From assembly GCA_026418475.1 (NCBI GenBank), contig JAOABG010000001.1:7342-71341 (forward strand): a stretch of DNA of 64,000 nt, written 5' to 3'. The translations under genes and the position numbers were made by a program. The DNA comes from a bacterium. Its GTDB lineage: Bacteria; DRYD01. The notes under the pieces are model-generated. The model worked only from the letters and a program-made list of their open reading frames with translations. It made no database searches and was not told where the DNA came from. Below, in pieces: positions 9,187 to 19,016 of this stretch; the stretch's first letter is position 1; each line of letters starts with the position of its first letter.

Positions 9187-10300
9187 GTTTTTGAGATTGA
9201 AATGGAATATATTTGTTTTTTAGAATTACATTTAATATTCTTTCAGAAGCGAGCCCATCACCATATGGATTTGGTACATCCAGTTTTATAAGTTTATCCT
9301 TATGATTAAAATATTTAATTGTTTTTTCTATTATTTGTTTTTTACTTGTCCCTGCTATTATGATGAATTTATATTTGATTCCTTCTGGCCGTTCTGTTTT
9401 ATTCCTCACAACTATTACAGGAGTTTTATATGTTGGTGCTTCTTCTTGGATACCACCAGAATCGGTAATTATAATCTTTGCATTTTTTATTAAGCTTAAC
9501 ATTGTTAAATAATCAACTGGTTCTATCAATTTTATATTTTTGTTAGGAGATAGAATTTCAAACGCTGGTTTCCTTACATTTGGGTTATAATGAACAGGAA
9601 ATAACACGGGAACCCCAGTTATCCTCTGAATTTCATTAATTGACTCCATTATTTCTACCATTTTTCCTCCAAATGATTCTCTTCTGTGAACTTCTACTAA
9701 GATATAAGAATTTTTGTTTACGTTGTAAATTTTTTCTATATCGATTGTATTTATTAATGGATCAATATACAAAAGTGCATCAACTACAGTGTTACCAGTA
9801 ATAAATACATTATCTTTTATATTTTCTTTTCTCAAGTTTTGAGATGACAAAACTGTTGGACAGAAATGATAATCTGCAACTACGCTTATAAGTTTTCTGT
9901 TTATTTCTTCTGGAAAGGGTTGAAACTTGTCAAATGATCTCAACCCGGCTTCTATATGACACACCTTTATGTTCTGATAGTAAAAGGATGATAAAGCAAT
10001 GATAAACGCAGTAGTTGTATCTCCCTGAACAAAGACATAATCTGGCACCATTTTTTCAAAAAAACTTTTTATCTTTGATAGAACATTTACTGATATATCA
10101 AACAGATCTTGATTGGGTTTCATTATGTCTAAATCGTAATCAAAACTAATATTGAAGACCTTATTTGCCATATTTAAAAGTTCTTTATGCTGAGAAGTTG
10201 ATAACACGACTACTTCTTGATTGTTTTTTTTAAATTCTTTAATTACAGGGGCTGTCTTTATTAATTCTGGACGTGTTCCTACTGCAAAACAATACCTCAT
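9170..10300 (-). CDS. wecB: UDP-N-acetylglucosamine 2-epimerase (non-hydrolysing)
   Basis: 376 aa. 'MRYCFAVGTRPELIKTAPVI', 'HIEAGLRSFD', 'TDSGGIQEEAP' conserved epimerase motifs. Confidence 0.85.
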   Translation of the reverse strand: MRYCFAVGTRPELIKTAPVIKEFKKNNQEVVVLSTSQHKELLNMANKVFNISFDYDLDIMKPNQDLFDISVNVLSKIKSFFEKMVPDYVFVQGDTTTAFIIALSSFYYQNIKVCHIEAGLRSFDKFQPFPEEINRKLISVVADYHFCPTVLSSQNLRKENIKDNVFITGNTVVDALLYIDPLINTIDIEKIYNVNKNSYILVEVHRRESFGGKMVEIMESINEIQRITGVPVLFPVHYNPNVRKPAFEILSPNKNIKLIEPVDYLTMLSLIKNAKIIITDSGGIQEEAPTYKTPVIVVRNKTERPEGIKYKFIIIAGTSKKQIIEKTIKYFNHKDKLIKLDVPNPYGDGLASERILNVILKNKYIPFQSQKHAKVH

Positions 10301-10375
10301 AAAAATATATTTTTATATCTTAATTATCATAACCTTTAAAGGTTATCAAAAATTAAAAGTAGAATTTTAATTAAT

Positions 10376-10978
10376 ATGAAACGCTTATGTTTATTTATTT
10401 TGTTTCTATTATTTTTTGGGAGCTTTACACTTGGATTTGAAGGAAATCTTACTTCCAAACATGTAATCCAGATACCAGAGAAAAAACTAACAAGTACAAT
10501 ACTCTTAAATACGAAGGTTTACTCTAAATTCTATTCAAGTCCTTCAGAAGTAAAAATTTCTGTGAAATTATACGACGTTGAAATTAAAATTTATAAAGAA
10601 GACAAAATACAATCAATTGATAAATATGATATCTATGAAAAGAATTTTATTTATACTTTAGAATCAAATAAATTGATAGATAAGAATGATGAGGATAATA
10701 ACCCATGGAATTTCATAAAACCACTAATTATTATCTACAACCTGAGAAAAGATTTTAAACTTATCACGAATAAAAGTGAATTTACCTTTTCTAAGAAATC
10801 TGATAAATTTCACGTTACGGAAAATTACAATGGTTTACAAATATCTGATGGGTTTATTGCAATTAGTCAAAGATTTATAAAATTTGAATTAAACTCCAAT
10901 TTACCAAAAAATCAAGTAAGAAACCTAAATTATACCATAAAATCTACCATAAAGGCTAATGTTGAACTCAAAAGATAA
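10376..10978 (+). CDS. Hypothetical secreted protein or lipoprotein
   Basis: 200 aa with N-terminal signal peptide (MKRLCLFILFLLFFGSFTLG); no recognisable domain. Confidence 0.45.
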   Translation: MKRLCLFILFLLFFGSFTLGFEGNLTSKHVIQIPEKKLTSTILLNTKVYSKFYSSPSEVKISVKLYDVEIKIYKEDKIQSIDKYDIYEKNFIYTLESNKLIDKNDEDNNPWNFIKPLIIIYNLRKDFKLITNKSEFTFSKKSDKFHVTENYNGLQISDGFIAISQRFIKFELNSNLPKNQVRNLNYTIKSTIKANVELKR

Positions 10979-11534
10979 ATTTAAGGGGAAACACAGTATA
11001 GTTATAATTTCAAATTCATACGCAGAAAAGAAAATAAAAAAAGAGTTCTATTCTAACTTTCTTAGGGAAGAGATTGCCCTCAGGAAATTACAAAACTATC
11101 ATTTCGTTCCTAAACTTCTTGGATCTGACCACAACTTTTTAACAATCAAAATGGAAAAAATTGAAGGTGTGAATTTATTAACTATAATTAAGCTGTACAA
11201 GAAAAATAGGCTTTCTAAAGAGTTTATTTTGAGTATTTTCAAAATAATTTTCAAAATATGTTTTATAATGGATTTGGAAAAAATTTATAAAGATGAGTGG
11301 AATAGACCTTTCAAACACATAATATTCACAAGAGAGAGTATAAAGATAATAGACTTTGATAGGTCAGTTTTCAATACCAATAAAAAAAACACTTTGCAAT
11401 TTATCTCTTTCATATTTGGATTTTGGAAGTTTTTTAATAAAGGGGAATTTTTTACTTGCCTCTATGAATTCAGTATCTTTTACGAGAAACAAATAGAAAA
11501 ATACCAAAGTTTCTTTATAGATTTACCATATTGA
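10959..11534 (+). CDS. Small protein-kinase-like-fold protein (Kdo/RIO-like), probably degenerate
   Basis: 191 aa. 'IKMEKIEGVNL' and 'KHIIFTRESIKIIDFDRS' resemble the catalytic loop and DFD of lipopolysaccharide-kinase-type kinases, but the canonical HxD is absent. Confidence 0.3.
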   Translation: MLNSKDKFKGKHSIVIISNSYAEKKIKKEFYSNFLREEIALRKLQNYHFVPKLLGSDHNFLTIKMEKIEGVNLLTIIKLYKKNRLSKEFILSIFKIIFKICFIMDLEKIYKDEWNRPFKHIIFTRESIKIIDFDRSVFNTNKKNTLQFISFIFGFWKFFNKGEFFTCLYEFSIFYEKQIEKYQSFFIDLPY

Positions 11535-12602
11535 TCCTCTGTTTTCTTCAACATGATGCAGTTCTTCGGGATGTTCAGTAAGGGTTATTGCAACTTTTCT
11601 ACTTAAGTGACCTTCCTCTACCAATTTTCTTAAGCTTTTACCAAAGGTTATCATACCATCGTACTCACCGTTTAGTATGTAATCGTATATTTTGAGTATT
11701 TCATTATCTCTTATGAGTCCCTTTATTGTTGGGGTTGATACCATTATCTCAACTACTGGCATCAACTTAGATGTTTTGATACTATTAACTAATTTTTGAC
11801 ATATTATTGCATTAAGTGAGTTCATCAACGCTTCTTTAGCTACTTCTCTTTGTTCCTCTTTGAACATGTCCATTATTCTGTATATAGTCTTAATTGTAGA
11901 ATCTGAGTGCAGTGTGGTTATTACCATATGTCCGGTTTCAGCTGCATTTATTGCTATCCAAGCACTCTGATAGTCTCTCAATTCTCCTAAAAATATTATG
12001 TCTGGGTCTTGTCTTAGTGCGTCTCTTAAGCCTCTTTCAAAAGATATTGTATCTATTCCTATTTCTCTCTGGGTAATAAAACATTTTCTATCTGTGAATA
12101 CGTATTCTATGGGATCTTCTATTGTAACTATTCTTTTTGAGTAGTTTGAGTTAATATATTGTATGATTGCTGATGCTGTTGTTGTTTTACCACTACCTGC
12201 CGTTCCTGATATTAGTATTAATCCTTTTTGTTTTTCAATTATCCTTATTATAAGTTCTAATGGAAGATTAAGGGATTCAAAATTTTCTGGTGGCTCTAAA
12301 ATTTTTCTCGCCGATATACCTATAGCCCCTTGGGTTTTGAATACATTAATTCTGAATCTTATATTACTTACACTTATTCCATAGTCAAATGATCCTGTGG
12401 TTTCCAATTCTTTTAGATATCTTGTATCAAAATTCTCTTTCAAAATTTGTATTATATTTTCATAAGAGACAACTTCATTACCAAAGAATACCAGCTGTTT
12501 GTTTATTCTGTAAGCTGGTTTTAGGCCAACTTTTATATGTAAATCTGTTGCATTTACATCTTTATCGTTCATTATTTCAAGAAGTTTAATAAAATTATAC
12601 AT
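11523..12602 (-). CDS. pilT: Type IV pilus retraction (twitching motility) ATPase PilT
   Basis: 359 aa. Walker A GTAGSGKTTT, Asp box/Walker B DIIFLGELRD and His box GHMVITTLHS are all intact. Confidence 0.85.
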   Translation of the reverse strand: MYNFIKLLEIMNDKDVNATDLHIKVGLKPAYRINKQLVFFGNEVVSYENIIQILKENFDTRYLKELETTGSFDYGISVSNIRFRINVFKTQGAIGISARKILEPPENFESLNLPLELIIRIIEKQKGLILISGTAGSGKTTTASAIIQYINSNYSKRIVTIEDPIEYVFTDRKCFITQREIGIDTISFERGLRDALRQDPDIIFLGELRDYQSAWIAINAAETGHMVITTLHSDSTIKTIYRIMDMFKEEQREVAKEALMNSLNAIICQKLVNSIKTSKLMPVVEIMVSTPTIKGLIRDNEILKIYDYILNGEYDGMITFGKSLRKLVEEGHLSRKVAITLTEHPEELHHVEENRGSIW

Positions 12603-12617
12603 TTTTTTATCCTCCTT

Positions 12618-14048
12618 TTATATTATTTCATCTATGAAATCCGATAAGCTACTTATCATATTATTTATTATTTTCCCTTGATATATTTTTAGCATTGTTT
12701 TAACTCTTTTAACACTTTCTATTATTTCTGTTTGAGGAATTGTTTTTATGAATATGTCAACTAGCAACATGTCAAGTTTATTTTTTTGAGCATCTTCTTT
12801 TAGTATTGATAAACCTTTCTGAAATGAAAAGCCTGGTCTATATGGTCTATCAATTATAAGAGCGTCAAAAGTATCTGCTATTGCTAATATTCTACTTTCA
12901 AGGGGTATATTGGGCGATTTGTATCCATATGGATATCCATTACCATCAAGTCTTTCATGATGCAGCTCAGCTATATCAACTATTTCTTTTATAAATTGAT
13001 ATATTGGGTTGAGAATGTTTTTAAGCTCTTTAACATGTAATTTTATTGTTTCAAATTCTTCTTTAGTTAGTTTACCTTTCTTTTGTAATATTTCATCGGG
13101 AATTATTATTTTACCAACATCGTGTATTATGGCTGCTTTGTAAATTCTGTCAACATCATTTATATCTAAATTTAATTGTTTTGAAATGTTATAACTTATC
13201 AGAGCTACTCTATAAGAATGGTCAAAAGTATACCTGTCTTTTTTTTCTAACAGTTCTACTATTAATATTATGAATGTCAATACTTGATTAGAAATATAGG
13301 TATTATCTCTAAAAGAGATAAGAAATATTGTTAAAAGTAGACCAAGTAGAAGGTTTGAGTTAATAAATGTATAAAAAAGACATATAAAAAATATAAAATG
13401 TAGAGTAATTTCCAGAGTTATTGGGATAACTTTTTTGTCGTCTCTCGAAAAAAAATTCTTCACGTATGAGTTTAATCCTTGTATTTTAAATTTTTCATAA
13501 AGTGATAATAGGAATTTTTCTACTATAACCCATAAGCTCATAAATAATAGAGTAAATAAAATTATACCATTATCTCTAATAAACGGTATTTGTTCAAAGA
13601 TGAAATAACAAAAGAAAAATGAAATAAAAAACAAAGTATATTCAATAAAATAGTTGTTCATTTTTTGTTTTTCTATATCTTTTTGTATAACTTCTAAATA
13701 GGAAAATTTTTCTTTACCTATTAGGTATGTGTTTTGATCAAGATTGAAAACATTCTTTATTATAAAAATGCTAATAACGCTTATATTAGTTATTATTATT
13801 GTGTATACGAAACCGTGGTGCAAGATATGGAAAAAAAATATTAGCCTAAAAAAATCAACTCTGTAACTTATGTTTCTATGAAAATATAATTCTTTCCTTA
13901 TTAATAGTGTAATGGATAATATTATTATGTCTATTATTTTAATGATTAAATGTTCTGTTAGTAATATTGATAAAAGGATAATAGATAACAGAAAAAAAAT
14001 TGAGCCATATACATTACTATCAAACTGTATTCTTTTTATTATATTCAT
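12618..14048 (-). CDS. Polytopic membrane protein with C-terminal HD-GYP phosphodiesterase domain (c-di-GMP hydrolase family)
   Basis: 476 aa. ~8 N-terminal TM helices, then 'HSYRVALISYNI...IIHDVGKIIIPDEIL...HHERLDGNGYPYG' (HD ... GYP). Confidence 0.8.
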   Translation of the reverse strand: MNIIKRIQFDSNVYGSIFFLLSIILLSILLTEHLIIKIIDIIILSITLLIRKELYFHRNISYRVDFFRLIFFFHILHHGFVYTIIITNISVISIFIIKNVFNLDQNTYLIGKEKFSYLEVIQKDIEKQKMNNYFIEYTLFFISFFFCYFIFEQIPFIRDNGIILFTLLFMSLWVIVEKFLLSLYEKFKIQGLNSYVKNFFSRDDKKVIPITLEITLHFIFFICLFYTFINSNLLLGLLLTIFLISFRDNTYISNQVLTFIILIVELLEKKDRYTFDHSYRVALISYNISKQLNLDINDVDRIYKAAIIHDVGKIIIPDEILQKKGKLTKEEFETIKLHVKELKNILNPIYQFIKEIVDIAELHHERLDGNGYPYGYKSPNIPLESRILAIADTFDALIIDRPYRPGFSFQKGLSILKEDAQKNKLDMLLVDIFIKTIPQTEIIESVKRVKTMLKIYQGKIINNMISSLSDFIDEII

Positions 14049-14644
14049 AACAGAAGTTTATCTATTTGACTGTATAAAGATTGGATATCCTTATCATTTA
14101 TTACTACTTTATCTGCCCTTTTTACTTTTTCTAAGGGATTCATTTGTGTTTCAATTATTTTCCTTACTATTTTTTCTTCTGTTTTATCTCTTTCTATTAC
14201 TCTCTTTATTGAAACACTGATTGGAGTGAAAACTACCCATATCTCATCAAAAAGATACTCCAATTTTTTTTCATAAAGTAGAGGTACTATAAAAAAGGCG
14301 AACTTTTTTTTATATTTGGCATTATTTTTCAACTTTTTTTTTAGATTTACTATTTCTTCTATTACTATTGGGTGAATTGTTTCTTCAAGTTTTTCTCTTT
14401 TTTCCTTATTTTCAAAAATGATATTTTTTATACATTTTTTTATAAGATTTTTACCTCTGACACATTCTGGAAATAAAGATTTGATTTTTTCTTTTGTGTC
14501 TTGGAACTTCTTTGATGAGTATATTTGTGAAACAAAAAGGTCTGAATCAAAAACGAAATATCCTTTATTTGCTAAGTATTTCCCTACTGTACTTTTACCA
14601 CTACCTATGTTACCTGTTATTCCTATGTATTTGATATTATCCAT
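14045..14644 (-). CDS. coaE: Dephospho-CoA kinase
   Basis: IGITGNIGSGKSTV P-loop at the N-terminus; 199 aa. Confidence 0.8.
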   Translation of the reverse strand: MDNIKYIGITGNIGSGKSTVGKYLANKGYFVFDSDLFVSQIYSSKKFQDTKEKIKSLFPECVRGKNLIKKCIKNIIFENKEKREKLEETIHPIVIEEIVNLKKKLKNNAKYKKKFAFFIVPLLYEKKLEYLFDEIWVVFTPISVSIKRVIERDKTEEKIVRKIIETQMNPLEKVKRADKVVINDKDIQSLYSQIDKLLL

Positions 14645-14873
14645 TTTCTAATTTTATTGTTTTATCGATTAGGAACACGGGTATTTCTTCAATAATGGGA
14701 AATAAAATTTTGCATTTTGAACATTTATAACCGCTTATCTCTTTACCTTTTATTTTTTTAAGTAATTCATCTTCTGTATTTTCATTGAACAAATATTTTT
14801 CAATAAACTCCAAATCTGATTTGCATTGGGGACAACATAATATTTCTAAAAGCTCTATATATTTTTTATCCAT
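14637..14873 (-). CDS. Trm112-like / UPF0434 small zinc-ribbon protein
   Basis: The true start is probably the internal ATG (complement of 14871..14873), which is preceded by AAAGGAGGT. That gives MDKKYIELLEILCCPQCKSDLEF...YKCSKCKILFPIIEEIPVFL, ~78 aa. The track ORF (to 15146) over-extends through a low-complexity region. Confidence 0.55.
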   Translation of the reverse strand: MDKKYIELLEILCCPQCKSDLEFIEKYLFNENTEDELLKKIKGKEISGYKCSKCKILFPIIEEIPVFLIDKTIKLENG

Positions 14874-14994
14874 GGTGACCTCCTTTGATTTTTCTTCAAA
14901 ATAAAAAATTCTACAATATTTCATATTTTTCCTACATAATAGAGGTAATTTAAAAACTGTATAGAAAAATAAAAAAACAGAAAGGAGTAGGTTT

Positions 14995-15645
14995 ATGTTT
15001 GTTGCTGGATCAATAATAGGAGGTAATCTACTCAATATAGAAGAAATTTTAAAGGTATCGGAGGAAAATGGTGTTGATTGGATACATTTAGACATTATGG
15101 ATGGTAACTTCGTTCCCAACATAACGTTTGGGTTGGAATTTGTCAAAAAAATAAAGCAGAAAACTTTTTTGCCTCTGGATGTACATCTAATGGTATTAAA
15201 TCCTGATAAATATGTAGAGTTTTCTAATTATTGTGATATGATAAGTTTCCACATAGAAGCAACAAGTTTTCCTATCAGAGTGATTGAAACTATGAAAAAA
15301 AGTAATCCCAAAATAAAAGTTGGTATTGCTATTAATCCTTGTACTCCTATTTCATTTTTGGAAAATCTGGAGGGACATTTGGACAACATCTTAATAATGA
15401 GTGTTGAACCAGGATTTGCGGGCCAGAAATTTATAAATAATACACTGAAAAAGATAGAACAGGTAAAAAAAATAACTGAAAAATGGGAAGATAAACCTAT
15501 TATATCTGTTGATGGAGGAATTAATTCGGAAAATTATAAAATAGTTTTAGGAAGGGGGGCCAATTATATAGTATGCGCTTCATATCTCTATGAAGATTAC
15601 TCTAAGATTAAAGAAAAAATTTTGATGATGAAAAAAAGTTTTTAG
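14995..15645 (+). CDS. rpe: Ribulose-phosphate 3-epimerase
   Basis: HLDIMDGNFVPNITFG, DVHLMV, MSVEPGFAGQKF, VDGGIN motifs. Confidence 0.85.
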   Translation: MFVAGSIIGGNLLNIEEILKVSEENGVDWIHLDIMDGNFVPNITFGLEFVKKIKQKTFLPLDVHLMVLNPDKYVEFSNYCDMISFHIEATSFPIRVIETMKKSNPKIKVGIAINPCTPISFLENLEGHLDNILIMSVEPGFAGQKFINNTLKKIEQVKKITEKWEDKPIISVDGGINSENYKIVLGRGANYIVCASYLYEDYSKIKEKILMMKKSF

Positions 15646-15658
15646 AAGGGGGAATGTT

Positions 15659-16057
15659 ATGCCAAGAAAAAAACAAAAACATGATGATAACAATACGCTG
15701 AAGAATAAAAAACTTACTAAAGAAAATAATGATAATGATCAGGATATAATTGAAAGTATAGAAAATAAAGAACAAGTTATCGAATTTAACGACGGGGATG
15801 AATTGAATATTGATAATCTTACCGATCTTGATGATTTGGAAGAGTTGGAAGATGAATACACTGATATGGAAGATTCTAACTTTTTTATATCTGAAGATGA
15901 CTTGATTATATGTCCCAGTTGTGGTGAAGTTATAGAAATAGAAAGATTAAAGTTACTTGAGGAGTGCCCCAGTTGTGGTTTGAACATATCTGAATTTGAA
16001 GAGATTGATAAATATGATTCAATTTTTAAGGAAAAGGATGAAGAGGATGAATGGTAA
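15659..16057 (+). CDS. Highly acidic small protein with C-terminal CxxC...CxxC zinc ribbon
   Basis: 132 aa, D/E-rich; ICPSCGEVIEI...ECPSCGLNI. Confidence 0.5.
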   Translation: MPRKKQKHDDNNTLKNKKLTKENNDNDQDIIESIENKEQVIEFNDGDELNIDNLTDLDDLEELEDEYTDMEDSNFFISEDDLIICPSCGEVIEIERLKLLEECPSCGLNISEFEEIDKYDSIFKEKDEEDEW

Positions 16058-16104
16058 AAATCAAAAGGTTCTAAAAAAATTGTATAGAATTTTATATTTG
16101 GAAT

Positions 16105-16488
16105 ATGAATAATGAAATATTGATAAGTGTTTTAATAATAATGGGAATAATAGTGATAGGACTCGTACTTTTCTTTATGCTTAACAATTTTCTTAATACC
16201 ATTAATACTAAGTTGGACAAACTCCTTACTACAACTGATGAATTGAATCAAACATTGAGGAAAATACAAGAAATAATAGAAACAACAAAACCCGTTATTT
16301 ATAATCTTCAAGAAGTTAGCAATAACGTAAAAAAAATAACAGGAAACGTCTATGAAATTACCTCAGATATTAATTTTATAACCAAAAAGGGGAGGAATTC
16401 AATAGAGACCATCGAAAAATTGGGAAATTATGTTTTTAACAGAATAATTGAGTTTATCCAGAGAATGGTAAAAAATAAGAAGCACTGA
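16105..16488 (+). CDS. DUF948-like membrane-anchored coiled-coil protein
   Basis: Single N-terminal TM helix followed by a coiled-coil; typical partner of YtxH-type proteins. Confidence 0.5.
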   Translation: MNNEILISVLIIMGIIVIGLVLFFMLNNFLNTINTKLDKLLTTTDELNQTLRKIQEIIETTKPVIYNLQEVSNNVKKITGNVYEITSDINFITKKGRNSIETIEKLGNYVFNRIIEFIQRMVKNKKH

Positions 16489-16504
16489 GTATTGTAAAGG
16501 AGGG

Positions 16505-16783
16505 ATGAAAATGAAAAATGTTGGAGATGTCATTGGTGCTTTTCTCATAGGTGTTGCTGTCGGAACAGTTATTGGTGTACTTTATGCTCCTCAAAGTGGT
16601 GAGGAAACAAGAAAGATTCTCTCCGAAAAGGGTAGCCAAACTGTGGAAGAACTAAATCAAAAAATAAATAATTTGAAAGAGGAATTTGAAAAATTAAGAA
16701 AAGAAGCATCTAAATTTACCGGAGAACTCTTAGGGAAATTCACAGATAAATTTGAAAAGAAAAGCGAATCAAAAGTAGATTAA
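16505..16783 (+). CDS. YtxH-domain protein
   Basis: 'GAFLIGVAVGTVIGVLYAPQSGEETRKIL' matches the YtxH N-terminal signature. Confidence 0.55.
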   Translation: MKMKNVGDVIGAFLIGVAVGTVIGVLYAPQSGEETRKILSEKGSQTVEELNQKINNLKEEFEKLRKEASKFTGELLGKFTDKFEKKSESKVD

Positions 16784-16843
16784 AATTTATCTCCGCTTTT
16801 AGGGGAAGAATTGGCGGAATAAAAGTTTCCCCAAAAATGAAAA

Positions 16844-17197
16844 ATGAATATAGGTCTGAAAACAGAAAAAATAGATGATATCTCAGTTATAGAAATAGAG
16901 GGAGAAGTTGATACTTACACTTCATCAAAAATAAAACAGGATATTCTTAAGGTTGTTGACCAGACCCCTAAAATAGTTATATCAATGGAAAAAGTTAAGT
17001 TTATAGATAGTACTGGACTCGGTATACTTATAGGAGTTCTCAAGAAAGTTAAAGAAAAAGAAGGAGAAATGATTATAGTCTCACCTAACTCATATATAAA
17101 CCAAATTTTTGAGATAACAGGATTATTTAAAGTGTTCAAAATAGTTGAAAACATTCAACAGGCTGTGGACCATCTCAAAAAAAATCCTGAATTATGA
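16844..17197 (+). CDS. STAS-domain anti-sigma-factor antagonist (SpoIIAA-like)
   Basis: 117 aa; 'VKFIDSTGLGILIGVLKK' with a conserved phosphorylatable Ser/Thr context. Confidence 0.7.
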   Translation: MNIGLKTEKIDDISVIEIEGEVDTYTSSKIKQDILKVVDQTPKIVISMEKVKFIDSTGLGILIGVLKKVKEKEGEMIIVSPNSYINQIFEITGLFKVFKIVENIQQAVDHLKKNPEL

Positions 17198-17943
17198 TTA
17201 CTTTGGAAGGTAAAAATACTCTTATAACTGGTGGATCAAGAGGAATAGGTAAAGCTATTTCATTAAAGCTTGCACAATCAGGATCTAACATAGTAATCAA
17301 CTACAAATCCAGTAAAAATGAAGCTCACCAACTAGCCGAAGAAATAAATAAACAATATGGGATTAAGGTTGTTCCTATTCAAGCTGACGTGTCCGATATT
17401 GAGCAAGTGAAAAAGATGAAAGAAGTGGTAAACAGAGAACTGGGACCAATAAATATAGTTGTCAATAACGCAGGTATTACCAATGATAAACTTCTGAGAA
17501 ACATGACCCCTGAAATATGGGATAATGTTATAAAATCTAATCTATACTCCGTTTATAATGTGTGTCATGTTTTTATCGAAGATATGCTTGAAAATAGGTG
17601 GGGAAGGATAATTAACATCTCTTCTATAGTTGGTTTAATGGGTTCTGCTGGACAGGCTAATTATGCTGCAGCTAAAGCTGGTATAATCGGTTTTACCAAA
17701 TCTATTGCTAAAGAATACGCTAAAAGAAAGATAACAGCCAATGTTATATGTCCTGGCTATATTGAAACTGATATGACCAAGAATTTAGCTCCCAAAATAA
17801 AAGAAGCCATTATAAATAGTATTCCTATTGGTAGAGCTGGGGAACCTGAAGAAGTTGCTAATTTGGTTCTATTTATCGCCTCTGAACTTTCATCCTATAT
17901 AACAGGTGAGGTTATAAACATAAGTGGTGGACTTTATATGTAG
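17194..17943 (+). CDS. fabG: 3-oxoacyl-[ACP] reductase (SDR family)
   Basis: TGGSRGIGKAI, NNAG, Y-x3-K (YAAAKAG) motifs. Confidence 0.8.
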   Translation: MITLEGKNTLITGGSRGIGKAISLKLAQSGSNIVINYKSSKNEAHQLAEEINKQYGIKVVPIQADVSDIEQVKKMKEVVNRELGPINIVVNNAGITNDKLLRNMTPEIWDNVIKSNLYSVYNVCHVFIEDMLENRWGRIINISSIVGLMGSAGQANYAAAKAGIIGFTKSIAKEYAKRKITANVICPGYIETDMTKNLAPKIKEAIINSIPIGRAGEPEEVANLVLFIASELSSYITGEVINISGGLYM

Positions 17944-19014
17944 GTGCTGAACCTGGTTTTCTTTAATCTTTCAATATTTTTATTGCTAATTATTGGAGCA
18001 GTTTTTGTAGGTAGTGCAAATAACTTTGATACCAAATTTTATAAACATTTACTTTCTGTTTTTTTGGGACTATTTACTTTCGTGCTTATTTCTCTGAGGT
18101 TTATAAAAATAGAAAAAATAGTTGATTATTCAATTTTCTTCTGGTTGATCACTGTTGGAATTCTTATTCTTAACCTGTTTATAGGAACCACTGTTAATGG
18201 TTCTAAGAGTTGGATTTATATCGGTAATTTTTCTTTTCAGCCTGCTGAATTAACGAAGCTGTCTCTACTATTTTTATTTCTATGGGCCATGCGACAACTT
18301 AAAGAAAAGAATATATTTTTTGCTTTTTCTCTGATACTCTCATGTGTTACAATTTTACCTATATTTTTGCAACCAGATTTGGGGTTTTCAGTACTTCTAT
18401 TTCTTACAAATTTAATAATGAATTATTTAGTAGGAATTAATGGATTTGTAGTTACCGTTATTTTATTGTTTACTGTTTTTATTGGGAGTATAGTTATCAA
18501 ACCTTATCAGTTAGAGAGGTTGATAACCTTTATGGATCCATACAGAGATCCTTTGGGTAGTGGGTGGCAAACTATCCAAAGTGTTAACTGTATAATAAAT
18601 GGTGGATTGTGGGGACAAGGAATCGGAAATGGAATGTTATCAAAACTTGGATTCTTACCTGAAAAGGATACGGACTTTATATTTTCATTGATAACTGAGG
18701 AAGTGGGTTTAATCGGTGCCACTTTCATTATTTTTCTGTTTATGATACTCATTTTATCTATTATTTGGGTTTACAAAAATTCTGAATTAACTCAGAACAA
18801 GGTTATTTCTTCGTATGTCTTGGGTATTATTTTTGTCCAGACTTTTGTAAATATAGGAATGAATACCATGTCTGGACCAATTACAGGTTTACCATTGCCG
18901 CTTATAAGTTATGGAGGAACAAATATGGTTGTAACCTTGTTTTTGTTGGGTATTATAAATCAACTGAATTTTGAAATATACAGATCAAATAAAATAAAAA
19001 AATGGGTTGAATAA
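17944..19014 (+). CDS. SEDS-family peptidoglycan polymerase (RodA/FtsW-like)
   Basis: 356 aa, ~10 TM; 'FQPAELTKL', 'GSGWQTIQS', 'PEKDTDFIFS' are SEDS hallmarks. GTG start. Confidence 0.8.
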   Translation: MLNLVFFNLSIFLLLIIGAVFVGSANNFDTKFYKHLLSVFLGLFTFVLISLRFIKIEKIVDYSIFFWLITVGILILNLFIGTTVNGSKSWIYIGNFSFQPAELTKLSLLFLFLWAMRQLKEKNIFFAFSLILSCVTILPIFLQPDLGFSVLLFLTNLIMNYLVGINGFVVTVILLFTVFIGSIVIKPYQLERLITFMDPYRDPLGSGWQTIQSVNCIINGGLWGQGIGNGMLSKLGFLPEKDTDFIFSLITEEVGLIGATFIIFLFMILILSIIWVYKNSELTQNKVISSYVLGIIFVQTFVNIGMNTMSGPITGLPLPLISYGGTNMVVTLFLLGIINQLNFEIYRSNKIKKWVE

Positions 19015-19016
19015 AA

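Noticed and set aside
14874-15146. N-terminal 91 codons of the track ORF 14637..15146
   Set aside because: Low-complexity, with no RBS at 15146. A strong AAAGGAGGT RBS precedes the internal ATG that starts the conserved Trm112-like domain, so the long form is probably not translated.
15739-15987. Minus-strand Ser-rich 82-aa ORF
   Set aside because: Antisense of the acidic GAT/GAA-rich gene 15659..16057; compositional artefact.
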